From Candidatus Tayloriibacteriota bacterium (lineage in GTDB: Bacteria; Patescibacteriota; Minisyncoccia; Phycocordibacterales; UBA6065): a stretch of 64,000 nt of DNA. Every line of letters starts with the position of its first letter. The stretch's first letter is position 1. A model generated the notes under the pieces. That model was not told where the DNA came from, did not search any database, and saw only the letters and a program-made list of their open reading frames with translations. The translations under genes and the position numbers were made by a program. Below are positions 37,574 to 46,827 of the stretch, piece after piece. The DNA lies in assembly GCA_016215405.1 (NCBI GenBank), contig JACRJQ010000007.1, forward strand, positions 150,298-214,297. The letters are read 5' to 3'.

Positions 37574-38041
37574 ATGGAAACCAACACCCCCACGGCGAAC
37601 AAGAGCTCGAAGAACGCATATATAGCGGGCGCAGCGATCGTCGCTATAGCTATAGCGGCCGGGCTCTACATCGTCCGCCAGAACAGCTTCTGCTTCGATT
37701 TCGCCTACGACACGCAGTTCGGAGACAAGAAAGACTTCGCGAAAGCATCGAACGAGGCCTTCATGGGCCCCGGAGGGAGCCTTTACTACATCCCAGAGAA
37801 CCCCGCTCTCCAGAAAGCGCTCGAGAAGGAAGGCTTCTTCATAGACGAGCTCGAGAAGACGGGAGGCAACGTATACCTCACGTCGTTCTTCGGACCGACG
37901 ACCCAGACGGCTGTCAAAGCGTTCCAAGAGAGATACGATCTCGCCCCGACGGGAGAAGTCGACAACAACATGATAGACGTGCTGCGAGAGAGATACGGGT
38001 GCACGGCAAAGCCCGAGCCGACACCGGCTCCAGAGGTATAG
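37574..38041 (+). CDS. membrane-anchored peptidoglycan-binding domain protein
   Basis: N-terminal TM; FFGPTTQTAVKAFQERYDLAPTG PG_binding_1 motif. Confidence 0.65.
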   Translation: METNTPTANKSSKNAYIAGAAIVAIAIAAGLYIVRQNSFCFDFAYDTQFGDKKDFAKASNEAFMGPGGSLYYIPENPALQKALEKEGFFIDELEKTGGNVYLTSFFGPTTQTAVKAFQERYDLAPTGEVDNNMIDVLRERYGCTAKPEPTPAPEV

Positions 38042-38044
38042 CGA

Positions 38045-38070
38045 GAGAGCCCGGCGAGCCGGGCTTTTTT
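38045..38070 (+). terminator. rho-independent terminator
   Basis: gagagcccggc-gag-ccgggctttttt. Confidence 0.75.
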
Positions 38071-38086
38071 GTTCGTCCTTTTCGCC

Positions 38087-38092
38087 TATAAT
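38087..38092 (+). promoter_or_regulatory. consensus TATAAT -10 box 6 nt upstream of ATG 38099 (probable leaderless mRNA)
   Basis: ttcgccTATAATgtccctATG. Confidence 0.3.
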
Positions 38093-38098
38093 GTCCCT

Positions 38099-39187
38099 AT
38101 GCTCGAACGCGCGAAAAAATTCATGCTCCGCTACGAGAGGTACGTATCCCCCGTCACGCTCGTGCTCGGCTTCGCGTTCGACTCGATCATGCTCAAACGG
38201 ATAGACCTCTTCTTCTCGAATGCCCTCCTCATCTCGTATCTATTCATCGCATCGGTCTGCATAATATTCCTTAACGTACGAGAGACGAGAAGGACGAAGC
38301 CTGAGATCGAGCACTCCGAGACGATGCATATCGCGCTCCTCTTCATGATGCAGTTCTCGATCGGAGGCCTTTTCTCGGCCTCATTCCTCTTCTATTCAAA
38401 ATCGGGGACGATCATTGCGAGCTGGCCTTTCCTCCTCCTTATATTCGCCTACGTAATAGGCAACGAGCTCCTCCGAAAGAATTACGTGAGGCTCGGCTTC
38501 CAGGTCACCGTATTCTTCACCGCCCTCTTCTCTTTCCTCATCTTCTTCTTGCCGGTCATACTCGGGGCCATGGGCGACGCGATATTCATGCTTTCAGGCA
38601 TCGCATCCCTCGTCCTCACCGGGCTCTTCTATTACGTCCTCTCGTGGTTCGCGCCTGAACGGGCGACGAAAGGCGCGCCTCTGGCGATCCTCTCCATACT
38701 ATCGGTATTCGCCGTCATAAACGCGCTCTACTTCTCGAACTTGATACCTCCGATCCCCCTCTCTCTGCGCGACGTCGGCGTCTACAGGTCGGTCTCGAAG
38801 ATCTCGGAGGGGGCATACGAGGTCATGGGCGAAAAGCAGGGAAAGTCTTGGATCCTCTCGCGGAAGACCGTGGTGCACATGACTCCCGGCGAGCCGCTCT
38901 ACGCCCTCACGTCCGTCTTCGCGCCCACATCGCTTACGACCGAGATCAGGCATGTCTGGCGGCACTTCGATGGCGACAGGGGCGAATGGATCGTAGCGAG
39001 CGATATACTGCTTTCTATAAAGGGCGGGCGCGAAGGGGGCTTCCGCACCTATTCGGTGAAGAAAAACGTCTTTCCGGGCACCTGGCGCCTCGACGTCGAG
39101 ACGGTGCGAGGGCAGCTTATAGGCAGATTCCCGTTCGAGATACGCCTATCCACAGGCGAGGAGAAGCTCTTTACAGAGACTAAATAG
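38099..39187 (+). CDS. polytopic membrane protein with C-terminal DUF2914-like domain
   Basis: Seven or eight TM helices, then a soluble domain with W...W..GxW pattern (GTWRLDVETVRGQLIGRFPFEI). The TTG at 38069 inside the terminator T-run was rejected as start. Confidence 0.5.
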   Translation: MLERAKKFMLRYERYVSPVTLVLGFAFDSIMLKRIDLFFSNALLISYLFIASVCIIFLNVRETRRTKPEIEHSETMHIALLFMMQFSIGGLFSASFLFYSKSGTIIASWPFLLLIFAYVIGNELLRKNYVRLGFQVTVFFTALFSFLIFFLPVILGAMGDAIFMLSGIASLVLTGLFYYVLSWFAPERATKGAPLAILSILSVFAVINALYFSNLIPPIPLSLRDVGVYRSVSKISEGAYEVMGEKQGKSWILSRKTVVHMTPGEPLYALTSVFAPTSLTTEIRHVWRHFDGDRGEWIVASDILLSIKGGREGGFRTYSVKKNVFPGTWRLDVETVRGQLIGRFPFEIRLSTGEEKLFTETK

Positions 39188-39261
39188 AGCCCTTGTAGAG
39201 CCGAAATATCGTGCTACAATGGCAAAACATTGCTCCGGCAATATCTTTATAACCAACCCAT

Positions 39262-39918
39262 ATGAATAAAAAAGGAATCATCGCTCTCGTCGTTATCATC
39301 GTCCTCGCCATCGTAGGCTATATGGTATGGGGAGGAAGCGAGACGACCGTTAATAACGAGCCTGCAGGAGGCTCGAATGAGCCGATCGAGGTGCCTGAGG
39401 GCGTCTCTAAGGACGACTTCGCGCCTGTCACAAAGGATACGACCGATACGTCGCTCATCGGCAGGCTCAAGGTCGCGTCCGTAGCCGCAGCAGAGACCGG
39501 GACCCGCGTCGCTCTCGCCAACGGAAAGGCTTCCTTCTCTGAGGGAGACGTGAAAGGCACGATCACCCTCGGCGATGTCGCCGTCGAAAAGGAGGTTGGG
39601 GGAACGAAATACGTCATCGCCGACCTCGCGGTCAACTCAGGAGGCAGCGGCACGTTCAAATACGTCGTCCTCTTCGAGGACAGCAAGAACGTCCTCACCG
39701 ACAAGTCCTATGCGATCATCGGCGACCGAGTCTCCATCACGGGTATCCGAGGCGACGTCGTCTCTGACGCTTCTGGCAAGGCTCAGCTCATCGTATCCGT
39801 CTCGTATCTCGCCCACGACCAGGGAGAGCCTCTCTCTTCGAAGCCTTCCGTCCCTCGCACGAAGATCCTCGTCGTAGAGAACGGCATGTTCAATCCGGCA
39901 AAGGAGATAAACATCTAG
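39262..39918 (+). CDS. hypothetical membrane-anchored extracytoplasmic protein
   Basis: N-terminal TM, Gly/Ser/Thr/Val-rich beta-like body. Confidence 0.45.
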   Translation: MNKKGIIALVVIIVLAIVGYMVWGGSETTVNNEPAGGSNEPIEVPEGVSKDDFAPVTKDTTDTSLIGRLKVASVAAAETGTRVALANGKASFSEGDVKGTITLGDVAVEKEVGGTKYVIADLAVNSGGSGTFKYVVLFEDSKNVLTDKSYAIIGDRVSITGIRGDVVSDASGKAQLIVSVSYLAHDQGEPLSSKPSVPRTKILVVENGMFNPAKEINI

Positions 39919-39930
39919 TCGAAGCATCCA

Positions 39931-39958
39931 AAGCGCCGCCCTCTGGCGGCGCTTTTCT
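39931..39958 (+). terminator. rho-independent terminator
   Basis: aaagcgccgcc-ctct-ggcggcgctttt. Confidence 0.75.
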
Positions 39959-39976
39959 TTGGTAGAATAGGGATCG

Positions 39977-40528
39977 ATGAAAAAACACAACCGAAGGCTC
40001 CTTCTCGACGGGATCGTCGTCGCTGTAAGCATCGCGGTCGCTATCGCCATAGCGAAGAGTCCCTATATCGATCTGCTCGTCTCATGGACCGACGGCTACT
40101 ACGTGCTCACGGCTTTCGTCGCCGGCCTCTTCTTCACGTCGGCGTTCACCACGGCGCCAGCGATAGCCGTCCTCGCCAAGCTCTCCTTGGCATATCCTCC
40201 TGGAGCGGTAGCTATAATAGGAGGCATCGGAGCCCTCCTCGGAGACCTCCTCATATTCGCTTTCATAAAGGGCCACATCCGCGAAGACGTGAGGTATTTC
40301 CTCGCCAAGGCGAAGACGAAGAGGATACGCCACATCCTCGAGCATCGCTTCGCCCGATGGTCCCTCGCGTTCGTAGGCGCGATAATAATCGCCTCGCCGC
40401 TGCCTGACGAGCTCGGCCTCGCGATGATGGGGCTCTCCGACGTAAGGACGAGCCGATTCGTCCCCATATCCCTCGCTTTCAATACCCTAGGGATACTCCT
40501 TATTGCATTCATAGCTCATTCCATTTAA
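39977..40528 (+). CDS. small DedA/YqaA-like membrane protein
   Basis: PPGAVAIIGGIGALLGDLLIFAFIKG motif, five TM segments. Confidence 0.45.
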   Translation: MKKHNRRLLLDGIVVAVSIAVAIAIAKSPYIDLLVSWTDGYYVLTAFVAGLFFTSAFTTAPAIAVLAKLSLAYPPGAVAIIGGIGALLGDLLIFAFIKGHIREDVRYFLAKAKTKRIRHILEHRFARWSLAFVGAIIIASPLPDELGLAMMGLSDVRTSRFVPISLAFNTLGILLIAFIAHSI

Positions 40529-40537
40529 TCTGTCGGT

Positions 40538-41596
40538 GTGAAAAAGACGAGCGCTCTCCCGCAATACTCATATTCCCTTCCAGAAGGGTTCATAGCACGC
40601 GAGCCGGCGTCTCCTCGCGATTCGGCAAAGCTCCTTTCATATGACTCGAAGACGGGCCGCATAGCCGACCTGGTGTTCAGAGACCTCGCGGAAACGCTCC
40701 CGTCGGGCGCTCTGCTGGTCATAAACGAGACTCGAGTCGTCCCCGCCCGAGTAACCCTCGCGAAAAAGACCGGCGGAAAGGTGGAGATCCTCTTCTACGT
40801 AAATTCGTGGGACGGAAAGACCGCTGTCATCGAAGGGATATCCGACAGGAAGCTCTCGGTCGGAGACCGGCTCTTCCTCGACGGAAAAGAGCTCTGCGCC
40901 GTCGCCTCTCAAAGCGAGAATGTCTTCAGCTTCTCGCTTTCCATATCCCCCGCAAAGCTCCTCTCGACGCTCGAAGAGAAGGGCGCGATGCCGATCCCGA
41001 AGTACATAAAGGGCTCGCCCCTTTCGGAGAGAGACCTCAAAGAGAGATACCAGACGACCTTCGCCAAGAATCCCGGATCAGTCGCCGCCCCGACCGCGTC
41101 ACTTCACTTCACCCCCGAGCTCTTCGAAAGGCTGGCAAAGAGAGGGATAGAGGTATGCCGCCTCACTCTCCACGTCGGAGCAGGGACGTTCTCGCCCGTG
41201 ACAGAGCGAGAGATGTCCTCCGGAAGGCTCCATCGCGAGCGCTTCATCGTACCCAGAGCGACCTTCGATGCGATCGTCCGGGCGAAGAAAGAAGGCAGGG
41301 CGGTCATACCCGTAGGCACGACCGCCCTGCGCGCGATAGAGTCCATCGACCTCGACCAACAGGCGACGGAGGACATCGCGTCGTCTACGGACATATTCAT
41401 CCGAAAGCCGTATGCGTTCCGGGTCGCAGACGGCCTCGTAACGAATTTCCACGTACCCGAATCCTCACTCATGTGCCTCGTCGACGCGCTCCTCGAATCC
41501 AAAAAAGCGCCGCATGACATACTCGATCTCTATCGGCACGCGATACACGAGAAATATAGGTTCTTCTCGTTCGGCGACGGGATGCTCATAACCTAG
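40538..41596 (+). CDS. queA: S-adenosylmethionine:tRNA ribosyltransferase-isomerase
   Basis: YSYSLPEGFIAREP, LLVINETRVVPAR, TASLHFT, LHVGAGTF QueA signatures; 352 aa. Confidence 0.9.
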   Translation: MKKTSALPQYSYSLPEGFIAREPASPRDSAKLLSYDSKTGRIADLVFRDLAETLPSGALLVINETRVVPARVTLAKKTGGKVEILFYVNSWDGKTAVIEGISDRKLSVGDRLFLDGKELCAVASQSENVFSFSLSISPAKLLSTLEEKGAMPIPKYIKGSPLSERDLKERYQTTFAKNPGSVAAPTASLHFTPELFERLAKRGIEVCRLTLHVGAGTFSPVTEREMSSGRLHRERFIVPRATFDAIVRAKKEGRAVIPVGTTALRAIESIDLDQQATEDIASSTDIFIRKPYAFRVADGLVTNFHVPESSLMCLVDALLESKKAPHDILDLYRHAIHEKYRFFSFGDGMLIT

Positions 41597-41705
41597 GCAA
41601 AGCCAGGAAGCCTCTCTTTGTTGAGGGAGCGCGACCGAGAAAGCGCCGCAAGGCCCCCCTCCACGAGCGATGACAATCGCTCTCTCGAATGCTAAAGTCA
41701 TTCAC

Positions 41706-42581
41706 ATGCCACTTATCCTCGATGGAAAAAAAGCCCGAGACTCCTACAAGAGCCGTCTCATAGAGCGCGTAGGCGCCCTTTCCTGCACGCCGACCCTTGC
41801 CCTCGTCCAGATCGGCGACAATAGAGAGTCGACTATATATATCGAGCAAAAGAAGAAGTTCGGACAAACGATAGGCGCGCACACCGAGCACATCCATCTC
41901 CCCGAGAACGCCACGGAGAATTCGATCTCGTCGCGCATCCTCGCCCTCAACAGGAGAGACGACGTCCACGGCATCATCATCCAGCTCCCTCTGCCGGCGC
42001 ACCTCGACAGGCTTTCCCTTATAAACCTGATAGATCCTGAAAAGGACGTCGACGGGCTGACCGACGAGAACCAGAGGCTCCTCGAAGAAGGGACCCCTCG
42101 ACACATCCCCGCGACGGCAAAAGGAGTCTCGCTCCTCCTCGATTTCTACGGCATCTCTCCCGCGGGTAAAAAGGCCGTCGTCTTCGGCAGGTCGAGGCTC
42201 GTCGGACACCCGGCCGCAAAGCTCCTCGAAATGAAGGGCGCGGACGTGTCCGTCTGCCATTCAAAGACAGAGGATCCGGAAAAGATATCAAAAACGGCGA
42301 ACATCCTCGTGGTCGCCGTAGGCAAGCCAGGTCTTATCGGCGCGAGGCACGTCAAAGAGGGCGCCGTCGTGATCGACGTGGGCATCAATTCCGTATCCGG
42401 AGCAAAGCTCGAAGAGGAGATTCCCAAGAGAAAGATCGTAGGCGACGTCGATTTCGAGGCCGTGCAGAGCCTCGCCTCGGCCATATCGCCGGTGCCAGGA
42501 GGCGTCGGTCCGATGACGGTTCTCTCATTATTTGATAATCTTATATCCTCGGCGGAAAAGTCCTGCCCGAGGCAGCGCTAA
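41706..42581 (+). CDS. folD: bifunctional methylenetetrahydrofolate dehydrogenase/cyclohydrolase
   Basis: DGKK..., IQLPLP, EKDVDG, VVFGRSRLVGHPAAKLL, PVPGGVGPMT FolD signatures; start at MPLILDG. Confidence 0.9.
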   Translation: MPLILDGKKARDSYKSRLIERVGALSCTPTLALVQIGDNRESTIYIEQKKKFGQTIGAHTEHIHLPENATENSISSRILALNRRDDVHGIIIQLPLPAHLDRLSLINLIDPEKDVDGLTDENQRLLEEGTPRHIPATAKGVSLLLDFYGISPAGKKAVVFGRSRLVGHPAAKLLEMKGADVSVCHSKTEDPEKISKTANILVVAVGKPGLIGARHVKEGAVVIDVGINSVSGAKLEEEIPKRKIVGDVDFEAVQSLASAISPVPGGVGPMTVLSLFDNLISSAEKSCPRQR

Positions 42582-42604
42582 ATTACAAGAATACTAAGCA
42601 TATT

Positions 42605-43384
42605 ATGGACACACTAAATAATTCCGTCATAAGGAAGGGCCTTGGAACGCTCCTCATCATCCTCGTCGCGTTCGTCGCGATAAAGATAGTATCGGAGGTG
42701 AAATCCCTCTCCTACATCGGCAAGCCCACGAACGTACCTAACGTCATAACCGTTAACGGAAAGGGCGAGGTCATCGCCACTCCGGATATCGCGACCTTCA
42801 GCTTCACCGTCTCCGAAGAGTCTCCTGTAGTCTCGACCGCACAGGCAGAAGCGACCAAGAAGATGAACTCTATCCTCGCTTATCTCCAGGACACGGGAGT
42901 CGAGGATAAGGACGTAAAGACCGTCGCGTACGACATCTACCCCCGCTACGACTACGTCGGCAACACCTATTACGGCGGCGGAAAGCAGGTGCTCGCAGCG
43001 TATGTGGTCTCGCAGACCATCCAGGTGAAAGTCCGAGAGATGGCGAAGGCGGGTGACCTCCTCACGGGCATCGGCGAATACGGCGCATCGAACGTCTCGG
43101 GCCTTACCTTCTCGGTCGACGAACAAGATGAGCTTCTTCGAGAGGCTCGCGACAAGGCCATCACAGACGCGCGAGAACAGGCAGAAAAGCTCGCGAAGTC
43201 CCTGGGCGTAAAGCTCGGATCGATCACGAGCTATTACGACAACTCGCCTTACCAGCCGTATCCAATGTACTACGCAAAGGACGGTATGGGCAGCGGAGTC
43301 GCGATGAATCAAGCGGCCCCTCAGCTTCCCGGCGGCGAGTCGAAGATAATCTCGAACGTCACTATCACGTACGAGATAAAATAA
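42605..43384 (+). CDS. SIMPL-domain (DUF541) periplasmic/outer-surface protein
   Basis: N-terminal TM, ITVNGKGEV...ATPDIATFSFTV...YVVSQTIQVKV SIMPL pattern. Confidence 0.7.
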   Translation: MDTLNNSVIRKGLGTLLIILVAFVAIKIVSEVKSLSYIGKPTNVPNVITVNGKGEVIATPDIATFSFTVSEESPVVSTAQAEATKKMNSILAYLQDTGVEDKDVKTVAYDIYPRYDYVGNTYYGGGKQVLAAYVVSQTIQVKVREMAKAGDLLTGIGEYGASNVSGLTFSVDEQDELLREARDKAITDAREQAEKLAKSLGVKLGSITSYYDNSPYQPYPMYYAKDGMGSGVAMNQAAPQLPGGESKIISNVTITYEIK

Positions 43385-43401
43385 GGCTCTTTGTCGGAGG
43401 C

Positions 43402-43427
43402 AAAATCCCCGCTTTCGCGGGGATTTT
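43402..43427. terminator. rho-independent terminator
   Basis: aaaatccccgc-tttc-gcggggatttt. Confidence 0.75.
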
Positions 43428-43451
43428 GTATTGTACGACTCAGATAAAATC

Positions 43452-43544
43452 CTAATCGAATACCTCGACAATGCTCCAAAGCACCAGGACCGCAAATATT
43501 ACCCAGAGCAGCCGCGTCCCCCACTTGATTATAAAATCCATCAT
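43452..43544 (-). CDS. possible 30-aa membrane micropeptide immediately downstream of pilB
   Basis: MMDFIIKWGTRLLWVIFAVLVLWSIVEVFD; starts 5 nt after the pilB stop; too short for the ORF track. Confidence 0.2.
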   Translation of the reverse strand: MMDFIIKWGTRLLWVIFAVLVLWSIVEVFD

Positions 43545-43548
43545 CGCT

Positions 43549-45297
43549 CTATTCGGTTACGACCCTTAGCACCTCTTCTATGGTCGTGAGGCCTTGAGCC
43601 GCGCAGAATATGCCGTCTTCGAGCATGGTGACCATCCCCTCCTTCTTCGCCTGCTCCTCTATCGCAGCGGAGGTCGAACCCTTCATGATGAGCTCGCGGA
43701 TCGTCGGCGTCATCTTGAAGACCTCATGGATGCCGATACGGCCCTTATATCCGTCGTTTTCAGGCGTCGCCTTGGGCGAACCGAACATGACGTTGTCCCA
43801 GCCGTCTTTAGGACCTATGATCTTCTCCGCCCGAAGGAGCTCGAGCATACGGTCGAGGTTCACGACCTTGGAGAGAGCCCCGAGCTCGGCCTTGGAAAGG
43901 GCGCGGCGCTCCTTGTTATCGGCGAGCCTGCGGACGAGGCGCTGTCCGATCACCACAGAGAGCGTCGAGACGAGAAGGAACGGCTCTATCTTCATGTCCA
44001 TGAGGCGAGGGATCGCTCCGGCAGCCGAGTTCGTGTGAAGGGTCGAGAGCACGAGGTGTCCGGTGAGCGCGGCATTCACGGCCAGAGACGCCGTCTCGTT
44101 GTCGCGGATCTCACCCACCATGATGATGTCCGGGTCTTGGCGGACGAGAGAGCGAAGCCCTGTCGCGAAGGTAAATCCGATGTCAGGACGGACCTGGGTC
44201 TGGTTCACGCGAGGCATCTGGTATTCGACAGGATCCTCGACGGTGGAGATGTTCACGTCGGGCGTATTCAAGATATCGAGGACAGTATAGAGCGTCGTGG
44301 ACTTTCCCGATCCCGTAGGGCCTGTCGCGAGGATCATTCCCGTCGCGAGCTTCGTCGCCGCGTGTATGCGCTCGAGGGCCTCGCCGTGGAAGCCTAGGTG
44401 CTCGAGCGTGAATCCCGAGACCGATTCGCGGAGAAGTCGCATCACGGTCTTCTCTCCGTAAAACGTAGGCATGACGGAAACGCGCAAAGACACCTTCTCG
44501 CCGTTCATCTCGACTTTGAATCGCCCGTCCTGAGGCAGCCTCTTCTCGTCGAGCTTAAGGTTAGAGAGCACCTTTATGCGGGCGGTTATAGAAGTCTCTG
44601 CCTGCTTAGGCAAGACCATCGCGTCATGGAGGAGCCCATCGATGCGATAGCGGACGAGGAGCTCCTTCTCCATCGGCTCGACATGGATGTCGGAAGCGCC
44701 CTGAAGGATGGCGTGCTTTAGGAGGGTGTCGACGATGCGCACGACAGGCAGGTCTTCAGCGAGCTTCTTAAGGTCACCTTCAGACGCTTTGCCCCCGACC
44801 TCTTCAGAGAGAGCCTTGATGCTCGCGGTCTCCTGCTTTATGAGGTCGCCGAACTCGGCCTTGAGGCTCTTTTGGTACTGAAGGAGCGCCGATTTTATCG
44901 AATCGGTATCGGTGAGCCGAGGGAGGATCCGCAGGCCGACCTTCTTCTTTATGAAATCGATGGCGTGCAGGTCGTCGGTGTCGAGCATGGCCACTTCGAG
45001 CGAATCGGGCGTCTTCTTGAACGCGACGATATTGTGGTTCCTCGCGATAGGCTCGGGGATGAGTGAGAGCACGTCGAAATCTATCTTCTGGCCACGCAGG
45101 TCGACGAAGGGGATCCCGAGGATATACGCCTGCATCTTTCTGAGATCGTCCTCCGAGAGCTTGCCCTGAGAGACGAGTATCTCTCCGAGGCCGGTCTTCT
45201 TCGATCTCGCTTCGGTCTCGGCGACGGAGATGTCCTTCTTCGAGACGAGGCCCGAATCGACGATGAAACTCTTCAGCTGGCTTTCCTCGATGTACAT
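43549..45297 (-). CDS. pilB: type IV pilus assembly ATPase PilB (GspE family)
   Basis: Walker A GPTGSGKST, Asp box, Walker B, His box (LSTLHTN); N-terminal GSPII domain; 582 aa. Confidence 0.92.
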   Translation of the reverse strand: MYIEESQLKSFIVDSGLVSKKDISVAETEARSKKTGLGEILVSQGKLSEDDLRKMQAYILGIPFVDLRGQKIDFDVLSLIPEPIARNHNIVAFKKTPDSLEVAMLDTDDLHAIDFIKKKVGLRILPRLTDTDSIKSALLQYQKSLKAEFGDLIKQETASIKALSEEVGGKASEGDLKKLAEDLPVVRIVDTLLKHAILQGASDIHVEPMEKELLVRYRIDGLLHDAMVLPKQAETSITARIKVLSNLKLDEKRLPQDGRFKVEMNGEKVSLRVSVMPTFYGEKTVMRLLRESVSGFTLEHLGFHGEALERIHAATKLATGMILATGPTGSGKSTTLYTVLDILNTPDVNISTVEDPVEYQMPRVNQTQVRPDIGFTFATGLRSLVRQDPDIIMVGEIRDNETASLAVNAALTGHLVLSTLHTNSAAGAIPRLMDMKIEPFLLVSTLSVVIGQRLVRRLADNKERRALSKAELGALSKVVNLDRMLELLRAEKIIGPKDGWDNVMFGSPKATPENDGYKGRIGIHEVFKMTPTIRELIMKGSTSAAIEEQAKKEGMVTMLEDGIFCAAQGLTTIEEVLRVVTE

Positions 45298-45371
45298 GTG
45301 AGAGTGAAAATAAGCGCTCGGGCCAAGACGCCCTGTGATATAATCGTCTACATTATATCTTATAATCCGCT

Positions 45372-46100
45372 ATGACACATACCACCCACAAGGAAGAATG
45401 GCTCGCCATGCCAATCGCCGTTATCATCGCCGGAGGCCTCATCGCCTTAGGCCTCTTCTACGGCCTTAAGTCTTCAGGATCGCCCGCGCAAGGGGACGCC
45501 GTCGCGCAGAACCCTCAGCAAGGGCTCGGCGAGGATTTCACGGGCGAGCTCGCTCCGGTGAGCGCTTCGGAGCATATCCGCGGCAACCCGAAGGCGAAAG
45601 TCGTCATCGTCGAGTACTCGGACACCGAGTGCCCGTTCTGCAAGATGTACCACAACTCGATGAAGGAGGTGATGTCGAAATACGAGTCGTCAGGCGACGT
45701 GGCGTGGGTATACCGCCACTACCCTATCGACCAGCTCCATAAGAAGGCGCGAAAGGAGGCGGAAGCGACCGAATGCGCTGCGGAGCTCGGTGGAAATACG
45801 AAATTCTGGGCCTATATAGACAGGCTCTTCGAGGTGACCACCTCGAACGACGGCCTCTCGGAGAGCGAGCTTCCTAACATCGCCCAGTATGTGGGCCTCG
45901 ACAGGACGGCCTTTACGAGCTGCCTATCGAGCGGCAGGACAGCGGCGAAGGTTCAGGCGCAGTTCGACGGCGGAGCGAAAGCAGGGGTCAGAGGTACTCC
46001 TCATAGCTTCATCGTCACGAAGGACGACAAAGTAGCCCTCAGCGGCGCGGTCCCGTTCGCAGAGCTCGACAAGATGATCCAAAACGCTCTCTCGAGATAA
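45372..46100 (+). CDS. DsbA-like thioredoxin-fold thiol:disulfide oxidoreductase (membrane-anchored)
   Basis: N-terminal TM, CPFC active site (YSDTECPFCKMYH), Thioredoxin_4-like pattern. Confidence 0.8.
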   Translation: MTHTTHKEEWLAMPIAVIIAGGLIALGLFYGLKSSGSPAQGDAVAQNPQQGLGEDFTGELAPVSASEHIRGNPKAKVVIVEYSDTECPFCKMYHNSMKEVMSKYESSGDVAWVYRHYPIDQLHKKARKEAEATECAAELGGNTKFWAYIDRLFEVTTSNDGLSESELPNIAQYVGLDRTAFTSCLSSGRTAAKVQAQFDGGAKAGVRGTPHSFIVTKDDKVALSGAVPFAELDKMIQNALSR

Positions 46101-46111
46101 TTCGAAGATAG

Positions 46112-46156
46112 CCATACACATAAAAACCGGCCGTGCGGCCGGTTTTTATGTGTATG
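46112..46156. terminator. bidirectional terminator (21-bp-arm perfect palindrome)
   Basis: ccatacacataaaaaccggcc-gtgc-ggccggtttttatgtgtatgg. Confidence 0.75.
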
Positions 46157-46166
46157 GAGACCGGTC

Positions 46167-46781
46167 CTACTCTACGGTCACGTATATACCGCCGGCGACA
46201 GGAGATGATCCATCCAGCTCGTGCCACGCGACACGCGCCTTATCGCCCCTCTCCAGCATAGACACGTCGATTCTGTCGACCTTCGTCGCGACGATACCCT
46301 CGCCTAGCGTAAAGGTCCTTTCGACGCCGCCTTCGTCTCTAAGGGTCAAATCTCTCCCCGAGACCAGGGTCGCGTTTCCCACGAAGAACCAATCGTCGCT
46401 ATCGCGAACGGCGGGCACGACACCGCTCTCTCCCACCCAAATCGAGACAACGTCCTTCGTCACAGGATTCGTTATGACACTCACGACGTCGCCTGACTCT
46501 AGCTTTTCAAGAGGCACGATCGCGATCTTGAATGCTACCGTGCTCGATGAGAGCGAGTAGGCCTTTTCCCGGCCGTCCGAAAGGCTAATGGTGATCGAAA
46601 CTCGATCGATAGACGCGACCGTCCCCATATCGTCTCCTCCCCTCGCCTCAGAGACAGAGCTCTGCGGTCCCGCCTCGGTATCCGTCTCGCGAGCCGACCG
46701 GTCTATCGAGACGTATGAGCCTAGGGAGACCGCGAGGAGGAGCGCTGTCGACGCTATTACCGCCTTTTTTCTGTTCGTCAT
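46167..46781 (-). CDS. hypothetical secreted protein
   Basis: Signal peptide, Ser/Val/Asp-rich, no motif recognised. Confidence 0.45.
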   Translation of the reverse strand: MTNRKKAVIASTALLLAVSLGSYVSIDRSARETDTEAGPQSSVSEARGGDDMGTVASIDRVSITISLSDGREKAYSLSSSTVAFKIAIVPLEKLESGDVVSVITNPVTKDVVSIWVGESGVVPAVRDSDDWFFVGNATLVSGRDLTLRDEGGVERTFTLGEGIVATKVDRIDVSMLERGDKARVAWHELDGSSPVAGGIYVTVE

Positions 46782-46827
46782 ATTGATTTGAATGAATAAT
46801 ACCTACCGACCCAGGCGCGCCTTACAT

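Noticed and set aside
38069-38098. TTG-initiated extension of the DUF2914 membrane protein ORF
   Set aside because: The TTG lies inside the upstream terminator's U-tract; ATG 38099 with an adjacent TATAAT box is far more plausible.
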